Below, in pieces: positions 12,391-26,774 of a DNA stretch of 64,000 nt. The notes under the pieces are model-generated. The model did not search any database and was not told the origin of the DNA. It saw only the letters and a program-made list of their open reading frames with translations. Both the position numbers and the translations under genes were made by a program. Origin of the DNA: Somniosus microcephalus (taxonomy: Eukaryota); contig CM126225.1 in the NCBI GenBank assembly GCA_052327205.1, positions 6,696,001-6,760,000 of the forward strand. Direction: 5' to 3'. How positions within the stretch are numbered: the first letter of the stretch is position 1; each line of letters begins with the position of its first letter.

Positions 12391-14092
12391 CTTATCAATG
12401 TGATTAGATTTGAGTATGCAAAGGTGGGAGCTGCTTGTTACTTGCTCACAAAGTCACCACTCACCCCCACCGTCCCCAAGGAACACACCCCAACATAAGC
12501 AAATCCACACCCTAATGCCAGCAGGGTTGCACAAACATATATCCTTACACCAACAGGCACATATGCACCCCTACATCAATAACAGTACATACGTGATCCT
12601 CCAACCTGCGTTTTGCAATTACCTTATGCCATTAAACCCATAGTCCGCGGTGAAGTAGTTAAGTGCCCGTTATTTTGTAGAAGGCGACAGGAAAACTTTA
12701 TTTAACCAAAAATATTTTTTGATTGAATGTCAATTTCAGTACATAATTCACGTGTTCGTGTTCTAAATACTAATAGTCAATGATATGGAAATGCGAATCA
12801 AGTGAGCGGCCGTGTTATCCTCTGTAAATTGATGTCATGCTAGATTATGTTAACATGGAGCCAAAAAGGGGGGGGGGGGAGTCTGTAGCAGAGTGTTTAT
12901 TGGTCTTAAATTGTTGCATTAACCAGACACTATTAAAGGTGTGAAATATAGAAGGGATCAGCTCATTTGTGTGATAGTGCCCGGCTTCAATGAGAAGTTT
13001 CCCAAACTTTGTTCATTCGTTCCTTTCCTTCTTTTCACAAAAACATCAAATTAGCTCGGAATACGTGCAGCAATTATTTCACGTAATTTTGTTTATCATA
13101 TTTAAATAAATGTATGAATTTACTTTTAAAGTCAAAGCAAATCATTCACTGGTTTTAAACACAATTAAAATAGTTGCAGCTAAATCCTTCCAGAGACTAC
13201 TTTGTATCGAGGTTAGGCTTTGCCCAGCTGCCAATTTTTCAAAGCGTATTTTCTGATGAAATCACAATATTAAATACAAAATTAAATCATTGTTTGTAAA
13301 CACAGATGGCTAGGAGTACCTGTTTATCTTTTTTAAATCAACCTTGCATAGTTTAAAGCAATTATACTTTTTGAAAAGATAAACCAGCAAACATTTCGTA
13401 CATGTTCACGTTTACTCAAGAACTGGTCGCCACCCCTTGCCTATAAAATTTAAAACCAGATCAGTAACATCGCCGCTTCATGTGTTTCTCTCTCTATATA
13501 TATTCCAAATATTATCTTATGAGCTATGTTATTTGCCGAAACTTCCATGGTTAATATCATTAAATGGATATGGAATGTATGAACATTCCTTGCAAAAATA
13601 TGGTTCAACAAAATTAGTGCAGTCATTAAAACTTTTAATCTTTTTTTTTATTATTAATATTTTCCCTCAACCGGTTTTGCTTAAAAACAGCGTTTAGGCG
13701 GTTTTATTGCTGCCGTGCCAATAATCAACGGTTTTTATGCATAACCAAACAAAACATTAAAAAATAGCATCTACACCAATAGGACATACGTTGCATACCT
13801 CCACAAACACAAAACTGATAATACAGTGATGTCGGTATGGTTACAACATCGTTATAATTATATTTACACTCTGACCATGTATCTTAGTCCATTTTTAATG
13901 GTATCCCATAACAAATCCTCCATTACAGTACTACAAAAAGAGGAGAGGACATGTTAGCATTCTGCAGGCAAGACTCCATGAAAGAAGTGTGCACTTAAAC
14001 CCCGGTCGGTCACAATCGTCTCTCGCTTGGTTGTGATAAATTTCCCCGATTGAACAGTTTCATTTATCTTTTTAAAAAAAAAATAATAATAA

Positions 14093-14340
14093 TTAAGGTG
14101 TGTTGGTTTTTACTTTCGCAATTACTTTCTTTTCCTTGACTCTCCTGTTTTGAAACCAGATGGTGATCTGCCGTTCGCTCAGGTTCGTAGCCGCCGAGAT
14201 CTTCCTTCTCTTGTCTTTCGTGATGAATTTATTTGTTGCATATTCCCTCTCCAGTTCTTTGAGTTGGACTTTGGTATAAGGGATCCTCTTCTTCCTTCCG
14301 CGCCGAAAGGAACTACCATCCTGTTGGTGCGCTGCAACAT
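14093..14340 (-). CDS. hoxb13: HoxB13 exon 2 (homeodomain); spliced CDS 924 nt = 307 aa
   Basis: [82 protein letters not shown] and the KV..KVK...TP end indicate B13 rather than A13/C13/D13. Acceptor CAG at 14343-14341; TAA at 14095-14093. Confidence 0.95.
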
Positions 14341-14783
14341 CTGCTGTGTGTAGCCAGACACACCCCGCCAAAAAAAAACACAAGACAAGCACATCAGAAA
14401 AATGTAACATTGGAAAATAATGTTGAAAAACGAATTAAACAACACGCTCATAATCAATAATTTTCAGTATCCAAAAGGAATACATTTAAATTAACTGATG
14501 TATCAAACGCTACTGGGTAATGCTGTAATGTGTATAATAATATTCCAAGGATTATAACTAAATCACAACACTAAATTTCGAATGATATTCCAACTGAGCT
14601 CCTTGCATCGGGAATATAAAATAAAATTGTACAATTTTCAATCCTGTTCTACATATCGGCATATTGTCAGAAATAAATCATTATCTTTCAGTTCCATAAG
14701 GCTTTTATGTTTCCAATATAATTAAATATGCAATTTTTTAGATGCTTATCCTTCTAGGAAGGAATGCAAAGGTCACTTGTTAC

Positions 14784-15459
14784 CTGCAAGTGTGGATTTC
14801 CAGAGGTGGCCCGGCTGTGCTTGTTCCTTAGAACAGTACATCTGGCTGTTCCAGCCATTGAGGGCCCAGGGCTGGTAGCCGTCCATAGGTAACAAGGCTT
14901 CGTGCCTCGGCTCTCCCGCGCCACTGATAGTCTGGACTACAGAAACATCTAGATAACTTGGCATTGGTTGGTAGGGACTCGCATAGCCGTGGTAAAAGGC
15001 GAATTCCTTAGGCCGCCCTGGATATTCATCGGTGGGGACAGGACTGTCCATGTACTTGTCTCCTGGGTAACTAGATAGGGCGGCAGGCTGGGTGCAAGGC
15101 TTGATGGAACTTCGCCCCATTCGACAGGAATAGTAGCCGCTGCCGAAATATCCGTATGGTAAAGGGGCGGCGGTGGAGGCCTGGGGCACCGGGCATGGGG
15201 TACATTGCTTGCCGGGCTCCACCACCCCAGAGCCGGAGACGTCGACTGTTGAGTAGCCAGAGCCGTGAACCAAAGGTGAAGGATGAGCCCCGAGCGCAGA
15301 GTGAGCCATTAAATTCCTGCACTGATTCGCAGAGAAATTCCCAGCACCAACAAATCCTTCCATTGCCCCGCTATTCTTATTAATCTCATCCGAGTTGTTT
15401 TCATACAGGAACATTACAGTGTCGACCCAGCGCGGTTTGAGAAGCAGTGACACTGTCAT
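14784..15459 (-). CDS. hoxb13: HoxB13 exon 1 (676 nt, phase-1 intron follows)
   Basis: [24 protein letters not shown]...[16 protein letters not shown]...KEFAFY...[16 protein letters not shown]...YCSKEQ...HLWKSTLA has the PG13 N-terminal motifs. Donor GCAG|GTAACA at 14784/14783. Confidence 0.96.
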
Positions 15460-15554
15460 ATCACGTTCAGCATTGGGTCTATAGTTTCTTTTAAGAGACG
15501 CAGCACTGAGAGCGATAGAGAATTTCTCCCAGCTTACTGCACTGACGCACTAAC

Positions 15555-15605
15555 CCGGGTTAAAAAAACACGCACGCCCATTGGCTGCCCACGGATCACG
15601 TGCTA
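15555..15605 (-). promoter_or_regulatory. HoxB13 proximal promoter (E-box CACGTGA plus CCAAT box)
   Basis: Minus strand reads AGCACGTGATCCGTGGGCAGCCAATGGGCG about 120-140 nt upstream of the ATG, followed by a T-rich TTTTTTAA element. Confidence 0.6.
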
Positions 15606-17299
15606 TGCAAACACAGATAATAAACCTTCCTGCAGAATTGGCAGGAAAGAAAAAAGATTCATTGCGAAATAGAAAATATGAAAGGCACGCGTTCAAAAGG
15701 CCTTTAATTTTTGCATGCTTAATAGAAAGCGAGGGAGTTGCATTGAACAAAAGTCAAACTACACATTAAACAAACTACACACTTGTATGCTAAAGCAAAA
15801 CAATATAAAATGTGAACACATGCACTAAATAAAGGTATTTTCACCATCTGGATACTATCTGTTGCATAATTGGTGATTTATCAGATTAAATTTACAGGGA
15901 TGGATTTTCCTGTTTCAACATTTCAGCATAAATCCATCCGGCGTTCACATTCCCTTTCAGTGTGCAAGAACTCTTGAGATTATGATCGGCCTGCCCATCA
16001 GTATTTGGTGTGCGTTGAGCGTTCAAGGTTTTTCTTTGGCAAGTCATTTGCGTTAGAACTAAATCCGCGAGCAGACTTGTGCGTGGATTTTTTTTGCTTC
16101 AAATTAAGCAACTTAATAACCTGAAGTTCCACCAAGTGAAGTGTGGAGGGAAGTGAGTTGCTGGTGTCAGCATTTCTTGCTTTTACTGACCTCTTGGCTG
16201 GCATTATTTCACTGCCAAGTACTCGAGTTGTATTTTGCAACTGCTGTGAGAGTGTTTGGTTGGTTACAATCTGGTCAGGTCACCAAATCTTAACAACTAT
16301 TTGAAAAATAATAGTTATTAAAAGTTAAAATCCCAATGACCAATTATCCTTTCTATACTTAGAACCTATACTTTCAGATGAAATGTGAGTGTGTGTGGAA
16401 CCATTTAAATTTCAGCAAACAATCTCCTCCCATTTAAATGTACAACGTGTTAATAAAACACACACACTCATAGATAGATAGGCACCCGCTCAAAAACACA
16501 TCCTTGGATATATAATGCCCAAATAAAATAAATCCTAATAATACAAAATTAATTCGATATTAAAGGCTCCCAAACGACTTTACGTTAACCGTACGCTATC
16601 GGCCATATAAACCAAATCTAATAGTATAAATCGAAGTGGCATTGCCACATTGCTCTCCTAGCATGGGGATTTACTTTTCATATGCGAACTGCCATTTATG
16701 ATATATTACAGTCAGAGGGGAAAAAGTGCATTCTACACCCTGGAACTTCATTGTCAGCACCGTGTGTTCTTTATACCTCCGGTTACACCATGCAGTTTTC
16801 CATATAATTATCCGCAAATCAGTCTCACTCATTAAAGTCTTAGTAAGTGACAGAGATTTATATCCCGTTTTGATATTGTACTACAATAGAAAATCGCATT
16901 ATTGTGAATTTTTTAAAATAGGATCTTACTAGTAATTATTCACCCAAATATAATAAAGATTAATTCCGATTTTAAGCTCCGGTTTAATGTTCAAATTGGG
17001 CGTTTTTATTTCAGAATGGAATTAATCACAATTCCAACCGCCTGCTCCTTCCTCACTTAACCTCGGGAGTCCAGACTTTCCCCGTTCGGCTGAACCTTTT
17101 TTCTTAGATTCAGTTTTATTTGGCTCAGTGTTGATTGGAAACTCGCATGTTTTGGAGCTATTGAAGTTTTAAAATATGTGAAATGCAGATTGCAAGTTCA
17201 CCACGATTAAAGTCTAGACTTAGAATCCCCTGCCCGTCTGCGTCAGGCTGCAGAATAGTTCAACGGCACGTGTGAGGCGGGTTGCGGGGGGGGTGGGGG

Positions 17300-17363
17300 G
17301 GGGGGATCGTTTTCCTGCGTTAAAGGCGCTATATAAATGCAAGTTGTTGTTGTTGTTGTTGTT
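17300..17363 (+). mobile_element. Short L2/SINE 3' tail remnant
   Basis: GTTAAAGGCGCTATATAAATGCAAG(TTG)n. Confidence 0.7.
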
Positions 17364-20300
17364 TGTCAAGTATGGTCAGTTAAGAGTGGTTTGACACCGG
17401 CTGATTTTAAGGCCGCATGAACGTACAGGTTCATATTAATAAAACACCAGACTATCCGCTCGCCATTCACGCGCACAAATATCTCCATGATTTAAAAAAA
17501 AACTCCAACGCTGTGTTATGTACAGAGTCGATTCAAACGCAGAGACAATAGCGAAAAGTTTTTTTAAATTCCTGTCTGAATGGTGACTGTGGAAGTAACA
17601 TGATTGAGAATGATGTGGCAATATTAGAAACTGCAGCAAAACTGTGTTATTCATCTGTAAATCATTACCGGCATTGACAATATAACAGGTCGAACATGCT
17701 CGTTTTTCTTTTTTTTTAAAGCGGGTTTAAAGCAATGTTTAAATTGTGTCATAATTTGCAAACTAACTTCTGAAAATAAAAATAGCGGCTTTACCAACGG
17801 CCGTTTGTTACATTTTGTGGTATTTACACTTTTAACAGAACGAATTAAAACTCCTAATACAGGATGATGATCAGAAAGTCAGTGTTAATTTATACTTGTG
17901 AGAGAAGCTGGCTTTGTTCAATAGAGTAATTAATTGCAAAATGTTATTTTTCTGTCAATTAAATGCAAACAAACAGACGGGCCAATAAATGTTAGATCAC
18001 CAAGAGATAAGATTTTTAATTTAAAATGTCTATTCACTGAAATAGAATCCAAAGGTCTGTGGGACGTCCTGAGACGTGATAAGGCGCCAGGTATGCAAAT
18101 TCTTCCTTTTTTATCTAAAGCCGTCAGAAGACAAAAAACTTTAAAAATACATTATATTTCCAATTTGTTTGAACAACGTTTAAGTACGACTATGAGGTTC
18201 TACTATTCATCCCGATCATTGTCGGTCTGCCAAATGATCTTTCCATTAAGATAATTCAAATAAAGTTAACTGTGTGCACAGAAACTTATAGCACTATAAA
18301 TTAGAAATGGGCAGAAAGTAGCACAATACTTCAAATATATTTACAAATAAATAATGCATACCGGAAACAACACGAAGCCTACAGCAAGTCATATTTCATG
18401 CAGCATTTTTCAATTGCTACATCTGTCTGTTTTGAGATAACTTCTGTAGATGGCGAGTTATCTTCTACCCTGCTCTCCTTTTGTTTATTAAAAATCAAAG
18501 CAAGAGAAAACATTTTACTGCCGACTTGATTGCGCAACCAATGTTTTAAAATATTAAACAACACACAAGTGATGTGTTAAAGTTTTTATATGTGACCAAT
18601 CGCAGAGGTCTTGGTCTATTTTCTAACATTACACCAAACTTCACAATAGATTGGAAAGGGCGGGTGATATGAAGGTTGGAAACTACACGAGAGCATTCCT
18701 GTTATTCACCCGTAATTACATCTTTGTCAGACTTCAAAATATAACAGCATAATATTAATATTTGAAAATTCAATGTCATTTTGAAAGTCCGATTTGACTG
18801 AGGCGGAATATCTTTTAAAAATAAAAAGAGATGTTTGCCCACACGCTTTCTATCATTTTGAAATGTTATGTTTCTTTTGTACTGCTTTTTTCTTGTTCAA
18901 TTATCTATCAATATAAGGCACTTATTTACACTGAAATGCCTCTGCCGGTGTGTAAAGGGCAGCATTTCCATTTTTAAAAAATCGCAGTCTTGAGTCTGTG
19001 TTGGGAGTAAAGGTTCAGTGTAAACAGAGATGGGTCGGGGCTGGAGGGGGGAGAAGTTCGGCCGAAGACGAGACACAAGCAATTAAAGGAGCCTGGGCTA
19101 TTTTACATACGGGTTAGACACGGCTGAAGGCCAAGGTCAAGGTGAAAGTTCAGAGTCTAGCCGCTCCGACAGCTTCTCATTCAAGGGCTTTTCCTTCCCG
19201 TCTGAGTCCCATCAAAACAAAACCCCTGATCGCTTCACTGCTTCTTTTATTCGTTGGGAACAACATTCGGAAGCCAATATTCCTCAGGCAGCGGGGTTCA
19301 CAAGACGGTGTGAGACCCATTAATTTAAAGAAAAACTGGTTTCGAAGAGGTTCCAAGTAATTTCATAGAACGTCCTTTTGTACTTTGCACTGGGCTTTCG
19401 CAGTTCAACATCTGCTTCCTAAACAATCTGACATTAGGCAAATAAAACCCCCATTTGCACATGTTTTCTTAAGAAAATGCAAAAAAAACCAATTGGTTTG
19501 TTCACGTATATAATAATATGGCTTTAGCATATTACAATTCTAGTTTTGTTTCAAACCGCGTTAACCTAACAAAATATCAGAACCGCGGTAAAGCTAATAG
19601 TCTGAAATATAATTCAGTGTAGATTTCAGGTATCCCGACCCAATGCTAACACAATGTAGAAAAAGCATTGGTCAATCACTACTTGAGATCATATTCTTGG
19701 ATAGTAAAGACGTTTTAAATAAACCTTTATATTTGTTTTACTTTCTGTTGTGTGTGCAGGTTTGGTTTTGTGTACACATCCAGTTTTTGAAAGCTTCAAT
19801 CACATCCAAAGACTACAGCCCCGAGTATGAGCACCGTGTTAACCGGTCACTGGACCCTGATTTGTTTAGAGGTGCAGGATCTCGTGCTGTGCCCCATACT
19901 AAAGTTGTACAATGCACATACTAAGCACAATGCTTAGTTTATTTCTCCCCAAAGCATGTAGATATTGCAAATTGTAAGGGGGAGTCGAGGTAATCCGATT
20001 TGCGATTTAGGTTGAGAAAGAGTAACAGTGTAAATGATTAAAATGCCAATACAATTACTGGCAAAATCTCCCTGATTATCCATTAGTTGATTTGTTTTTA
20101 AATATTTTATTTGCACAGCAATCCCAGTTAATCTTCAATATGTGTTATTTATATGAAATAATTTGCTCACTAAGGGGTGGCCCACAGATCCAACATTGTA
20201 CATGAACCAAAGAAGCGACAACACAGATCGGCGTGGAGCAAGAGTTATTTCGAGTAACTTGATTGTTTTTATAATTTTAAACAATTTAAGGTCTGTTTTT

Positions 20301-22924
20301 AAATTCACATATGCACACTTGTCACGTGTCGACGGACACCCAGTTGTATAATTTTACAGTCTTTACATGAATGGGGTTTTATATTTTTTTCTCCAGGTTT
20401 GTTTTCTGTTGCGAGACATACATATTGCTTTGACTGGTGCCTTTAGCGGGGATTGGTGGAGGGAGGGTGTGAAAGTGTTGAGTGAAGGTCACATAAACGC
20501 TCAATACCTGATGGTGGCGAAATGCATCGTTTTAAGAAATTAAGATCAAGAAGAGCGAGTTACTTAGTGTCCGAGAAAAAGTACCAGCAAGGGAAGCACA
20601 GCTGGGAAGAGCCATTCTGACCAGACTGCGGCACGTTTGCTTTAACAGGATTTGCTCTTGCTCGTCTCCGCTTTATTCACTGATCGCGGTTTATGACTTA
20701 TGTGTGTTTACGGTGTAGCTGCGGTTTCCCCCTGCTATATATTTCATTTTACACTGGCAAACGTGCGTTATTTGAGGTGCTTTGAGAGAAATTGACGTGA
20801 AATTATGAACTGGATATTTTGGAAACGGGGAAATAGTCTTCATTGACATTCCCTGTGAGCAGTAGATCTAGGTCAGTGTGTGCAAAGAATGTGGCGCATG
20901 TTTTCCCATCTAAACCATCTGTAGGTATGGGAATGGTTACATGCCAAGTCTTTGAGGTAGAGTCAATATGGACAGTTACCACATTCTACTTTTATCAACA
21001 TGACAACAATTAACCCGACTCGTTGTGTGAAGCACTTCCCAGACCTTTCCACGCGATCAGCTGCTTATGAACATGCAAGAATTAATTTTGGACATTATAC
21101 TGCAAAAGTGCCATTTTAAAGTTATAATAATCTGCCATATAGTTCCCAAAACAATGTTACCAGCCCCTGTATTTAGTTATCCAATACGTTGTGCTGTGTG
21201 TGTTTTCTATGCAGTTCCAATGATTGTGTCTTTATTAATACAATTAAGATAATGCTCAATCACCTTTGAATTCAAAAGTCCTCGTTTGTGTAGCGCCAGT
21301 CAAAATCAAAATGAAAATCGAATAACTCAAAAAGATGAATTTCCCCTTTGGTTAGATTTTTTCCCAAGTCTAATTCACTGCCTGTGTTTTGCGCATTGTG
21401 TTTGGATTGCTATTTCTGTGCTGTCTGTTTTTTTGAAAAAACTTTCACAAATAAAACTTTTTTTCAAAAAGAAGAGTGGTCAAAATGCTTTTAACAAGCT
21501 GCTGCCACCGCACATTTTATCAATTTGGTTTTGGTTTTACAATCATACCGCATTTTAACCTACAGCTGGTTGAAAAATCTGCATTAAATTAATGATGAAG
21601 TAGAAATATCGCCAAACCCACTGAGTAGACTTAACAAAAAGTTATTAATTTTGGGGGGTAGCTGAGCCCCATATTTAACCATTCAACCACTCATGGCCGA
21701 ATTCTTGAACCCGACACGTCTTCTGTGACGCACCTTCCTAATGGAGACATTGCTCCAAGACATCCATGATCAATTTCACCTCCCCCCCCTCATTTGGATG
21801 CGGAACAGAATGATCCTGTGTATTGTTACTCCTCCAGCAATTAAATGGATTACGTGTAAATTCGCTTCGACATCGAATTTTCGTCATTAACGATTTATGC
21901 GGCCAATCAAGCAAATTGTTCAAATATCGATTACCCGGTATTCCAGACTGAAAATGGCATCGCCTGTTCTCATATCACACAGAATAAAAGCAATGGGTCG
22001 TGTATCATGGTCCACTTGCTCCTCTTAACTGTCTCTTTGTCGTCGAAGTCCCCGAGGAAATATTTATAATCTCAAATTCTCCGACACAAGACATTCAGAG
22101 CAAATATACTGATACACAAGTCCATTCGTGCAAGAGAAAATGTACTATTTATGATCCAATTGGGTATAAAAATGAATAAGAATGCGGTAAATGTGAACTA
22201 AAATCAAAATGCTGGAAATGCACAGCAAGGCACTGCACATATGGAAAAAAAACAGGTTAACTTTTCGACTGCAGTGTAGACCCTTCATCAGAACTAATCC
22301 ATGTCAGTTTTCCCCTGTAACTTTCTATCCGGGTCTATAGCTCTTTTGAAAGTTTGCGTGATATAATTAATATGAAATTCTATTGTTCTCTATTCACTGT
22401 GATATGTTTTGATCTAATGCCACTCCATAAATAAATATAAGGAACATTCAGGATAACAATATATTGAATGATTTTCCACGACCTGGGCATGCTGGTATCA
22501 TTAACTATTGGAACGGGGAGAGGGAGGACAAGGGCCAGAGTTTTATGTTATTATTTATAAATGAGTTTCTTCAACTGCATGTCACTCCAAAATGAATGCC
22601 TCGCTTCCTTGCTCGTCAATGGAGGTATAAACTTGTTCAGTCCAACAGTTCAAAGTACCAATAAATGAAAAAAAGGCAAGTGCTCAATAGGGCTTCTATC
22701 AGGAAACAAACTTTGGAGTAATATGATAAAGGTCCTACGCAGTTATTACAATGTCCACAAGTGTTTCATTTCGAGTTTATTCAAATAATAGAGTATAATG
22801 AAATATTTCAGGTTTGTGTCACTCAACTCTACAATGCCCATAGTAGAATTAATCTATTTAATCGCATCAAACCGGTGAGTATTCGAAAGATGGCTCATAA
22901 TAATACTGGGGAATCTGAAAAGCT

Positions 22925-23195
22925 AGAGACAAGGAGAGAGGCAGAGATAGAGACAGAGCGACAAAGACAGAGCGAGATAGAAATAGAAATAGAAACAGAG
23001 ACAGTCAGACAGGGGTGGGGTCGCGGTGTTGGAGGGGGGGGGGGTGGTGCACAGACGGAGAAAGACAGAGGCAGAGACCGACAGAGACAGTCAGACAGCC
23101 ACAGACGGGCAGACACGCGGACAGATAGAGACAGCGAAACGAGGACAGAGGCAGAGAGCTAGAGACATACACACGGGCAGAAAGAAACGATAAAC
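22925..23195. repeat. Purine-rich (GA/AGAC)n low-complexity tract with a G-run
   Basis: Directly visible. Confidence 0.85.
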
Positions 23196-26100
23196 AAAGC
23201 GCTAGAAAGGGGCATCCCTGGTTACTTACATTCGAAAACGCGAATGCGTCATGTTGTGCAATGCTCCAATCAAATTGTAAAACTGGCTTAGGAACAGGCT
23301 GAACACTCTGACCTTGAACTTGACACCTAATAGGCTGCGGCTTTGTTGTGAGGTCGGTGGACATTTAGATATACATTGAAATGGACACATTTCAAAATAG
23401 TGTGTGCGCAATATGCGAAATATGCGCGATATGCGTGTTTAGCTCATAAAAAACAGCAGAGAAAGAGATTAAAGTATACCAGTCCTTAAGTGCAGAGATG
23501 TATTTGAAGATATATTTTCACAAAATGCACGTGCAGCTTAGAAAGTTGACTTCTACCACACGTTGTTGATGCATTGTATCAAACATCATAGAAATTGTCA
23601 CACTGAAGGAGACAATTCGGCCCATTCTGCACATACATTCAAAGGATTTATTGTTCCTATTTATTTAAGTTCTGTTTATACATGCTTCCTTCACAGATGG
23701 GGGGTTGCAATGGGCAGGGCCTGCAATCTGTGGCTGTTTCTTGTCCTGTTGGCTCCCCTCATTTTAAACAAACTCCTTATCTTGAGTGGGGACCTTATCT
23801 TGTTGTCGGGTAAGTGAACAATTGTTGTCCCACAAATAACTTAACCTATACTCTTGTATCTTGTAGTGCTTGCGTGTTGTAGTACAGTGGCTATTTATAT
23901 AAAACTTCATCGACGCTCGTGTGCCATCTCCATGAACCTTTTTTATCCCCACCAATGGTTTATGGCAGTTTGAAACAAATGCTTAATTTTCTGGGAGCCT
24001 GACAATTAAGAAAGAATACATCGTTAGGAATTTTTAACCTGAAGTTTTGATTCCTTTGGTCTTTAGTGCAAGCTCATACTGTTCTGACCTTGAGCTTTAA
24101 AGCCCTAGACAGGCGTAATGTTGGGCTGCCAGCGTGTTTTTTTTTAATGTAGGTCACCTCTGCTGTTGCTGTTCCTGTATGGCTGTGTTTAAAGATTGTG
24201 TAAATAAGGAGTAAAAAAAATTAAATAAAAAAAAGTTGCCACAACAAAAAGAAAATCATTGGTCAGTAGTTAGCAGATCTAAAGATAGATGTGTCCATAT
24301 GATAGATACACTGAAAATGCTTCTGTAATTACAGATATATAAAAGCATTAATAATTCACATTAGTAACAGCAGGATATTAACCGATAGAAATTCTGATAA
24401 ATGCGACACTCACTCTATGAATTAATACGTTCCCACAGTGCATTCGTTGCTCTCATTAACAAGAAAAACAAGCTAAAAATGCAGCATGCGTGCTCAGATA
24501 TATATACTAACCTTTTAGATTATATGGACTAACAAATTACTATATGTTTCCTATTAAACCAACCTACCGATTTTTCTAGATCAGCCTTATAGTAAAACAT
24601 GCTGTTTTGATTTAAATACATTAACAGATTTAAAAAAATTCTGTGCAAACCTTTGGAACGTGCTAGCTTGAAGCACAGAGAGATATAAAAATCATATCCG
24701 CATTGTGTGGATTCCGTTTGTAGGTATGAGTTTAAATGTTATTGAATAATCTGCTCACCGGGGAGGTAATGTCCTGTAGATGCAGTTATAGTAACAGGGT
24801 GAACATTCAGTAACATCACTTTTCACTTCTATTTTCAACCGTTCAGAGCATGCCTTGGTGGAATGTTGTGCCATTATTATCGCGGATTCCTTTTTGCTTT
24901 AAGATGAAGACATGTTATCTTGATGCTTGATGTGCAGTTGCTTTGGGATTTCTTGCTTCATTATTAAATGAACAATCCTTGCAGACAATTAAAACTTTTT
25001 TTGACTCACTCCCTCGTATCTATTCGGAGAGGACAAATTCCATCTCGACTGTTAAAAGAGTTCGAGGGATTTTAGTGAAGGCAGAGTAAATGTAAAGAAG
25101 TTACTTAAAAAAAATAAAGCACAGGTAATATTATACCGGTGACAGATTCTTATCTCCTAGATATCTTTTAAGACTTTTCTCAGGATATATTCTCGTTTGA
25201 AAAACACATTGAGTTGCTGTTTAACTTATTACGTTTTCATATAGGTTGTCATATTATTGGTAGTATTTGGCAATTGTTTCAATATTATTACATGAATTAG
25301 TTGTACTTGATCTTAAATAGAACATTTGGGTAATTGGATTGATCAATTAGGCACTTAGCAAATTGCGGAAGTGAGTAAAAGATTCTTCGAATTGGGTTTA
25401 ATTCGTCAATTATTACAGCAAAAATGCAACATATCAGCAATAATTTATATAGCGCCATATCTCATCTGTCAGAAACGCCCCAGGGCCTTGCACAGCTAAT
25501 GGAATGCCCTGTAGGAGAAAATTATTTAAAATATTGCAAGAATTCTTCCAAAAGACGTCACTTTTCTTGATTATATTACGAGCCAGTTATATACGAGCCA
25601 GTTTCAGAATCTCCATTGCACAATGAGGCTCCAATATATTTATTCTGTATAATAAGCAATAATATAGAATGTACAATTACTAAAGGAGGCAGGCCAGTTT
25701 TTCAGCTGTAACGAATTTCCAGTAGATGATGGTCGTCTGTAACAGAAACTCTTGCAAAATTGGATACTTATATTTGGACTGAGTCCCGTTTATTACACAC
25801 GCCAACGTGTAATATAACCAGTTAATAATATCCCATCACATTTATCGCCTCTCATATTTTTGGTTTAATGTCATGCCTTGCCCTTTTAATAAATGAGTGT
25901 ATTTTTAAAGACATGTGATATATCCTGCACCTTTTATGCATCCTGTTTTTAATCTTTATAGTCAACCATGGGCAGTGTGTACAATCAGTCCCGTGCGCAG
26001 TGATTAAAAGCTTATTTTTGATCTTGAAGGAATGTTTGACAATAGTTAGACTAACTTGTGTCGGTTCAAGTTGTGTTCTGCGGGCTGGTGGGATTTTAAT

Positions 26101-26774
26101 GTTTAGCTTTGGGATACTTGTTAGCTTGGACCAGACCGCAGCCGGAATCAGCGCCTCGTAGCTCCTGAGAACAACGGGTTAGGGAAGAGGCAGTGGATGA
26201 TACTTTCGCAGTTCATTTAGACAAAGCCTTTTATTCCACCAGCTAAGAAATACGGACGGCGACCTGAAACACGAGTACATTTGGTTAGGTTCCCCTTATT
26301 CGCAGTGCAGGTCGAAAGGACCTCTGTTCTGTGTGACAATGTGATTGGCTCCATTTTAAGTCCCCTGGAAACAAGAACGTTTCAAAATCAAGGCTGCATT
26401 AAAAAACACTACAACTACTAATCCTGTTTCAACATTGGGTTTTTAAATAACACGTTTTGAATTATACAAGTAAATACAAGGATTTGGTAATTATACTTCA
26501 TAACAAACAACAGGAACTGACTGGAATGTTATTCGGCGTCAGACTAATGTACTCATTTGGGCCCCGTACCCCAAAAGCACGTTTACATAAATTTATGTAA
26601 TACCGCTCATCGTTTCAAATTCTGTGATTGTAATGTACAGCATCGTTTTCTCCTGTTTGGGCTTATTTGAAAAGTTAATCTATTAGTGATCTTTAATTAG
26701 TTGTATCAAGGAAGGTATATAACATAGCCTTAACCAGACACGGCAATTACTGCCCGCATGATGCAATATTAGAG

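Noticed and set aside
1-14000. miR-196 or miR-10 hairpin
   Set aside because: No match to the mature sequences seen by eye; both are expected further 3' in the cluster, outside this window.
14341-14410. [10 protein letters not shown]... N-terminus of the 105-aa homeodomain ORF
   Set aside because: Intronic read-through upstream of the exon-2 acceptor.
18505-18550. Minus-strand LKHWLRNQ resembling Hox14 VKIWFQNQ
   Set aside because: No acceptor and no KEKK; equally explained by a C/EBP palindrome (TTGCGCAA) next to CCAAT.
22470-22615. Minus-strand RARKRGIHF..MQLKKL resembling a homeobox N-terminus
   Set aside because: Needs a frameshift and nothing matches helices 2-3; a better Hox14 candidate exists at 56.6-60.5 kb.
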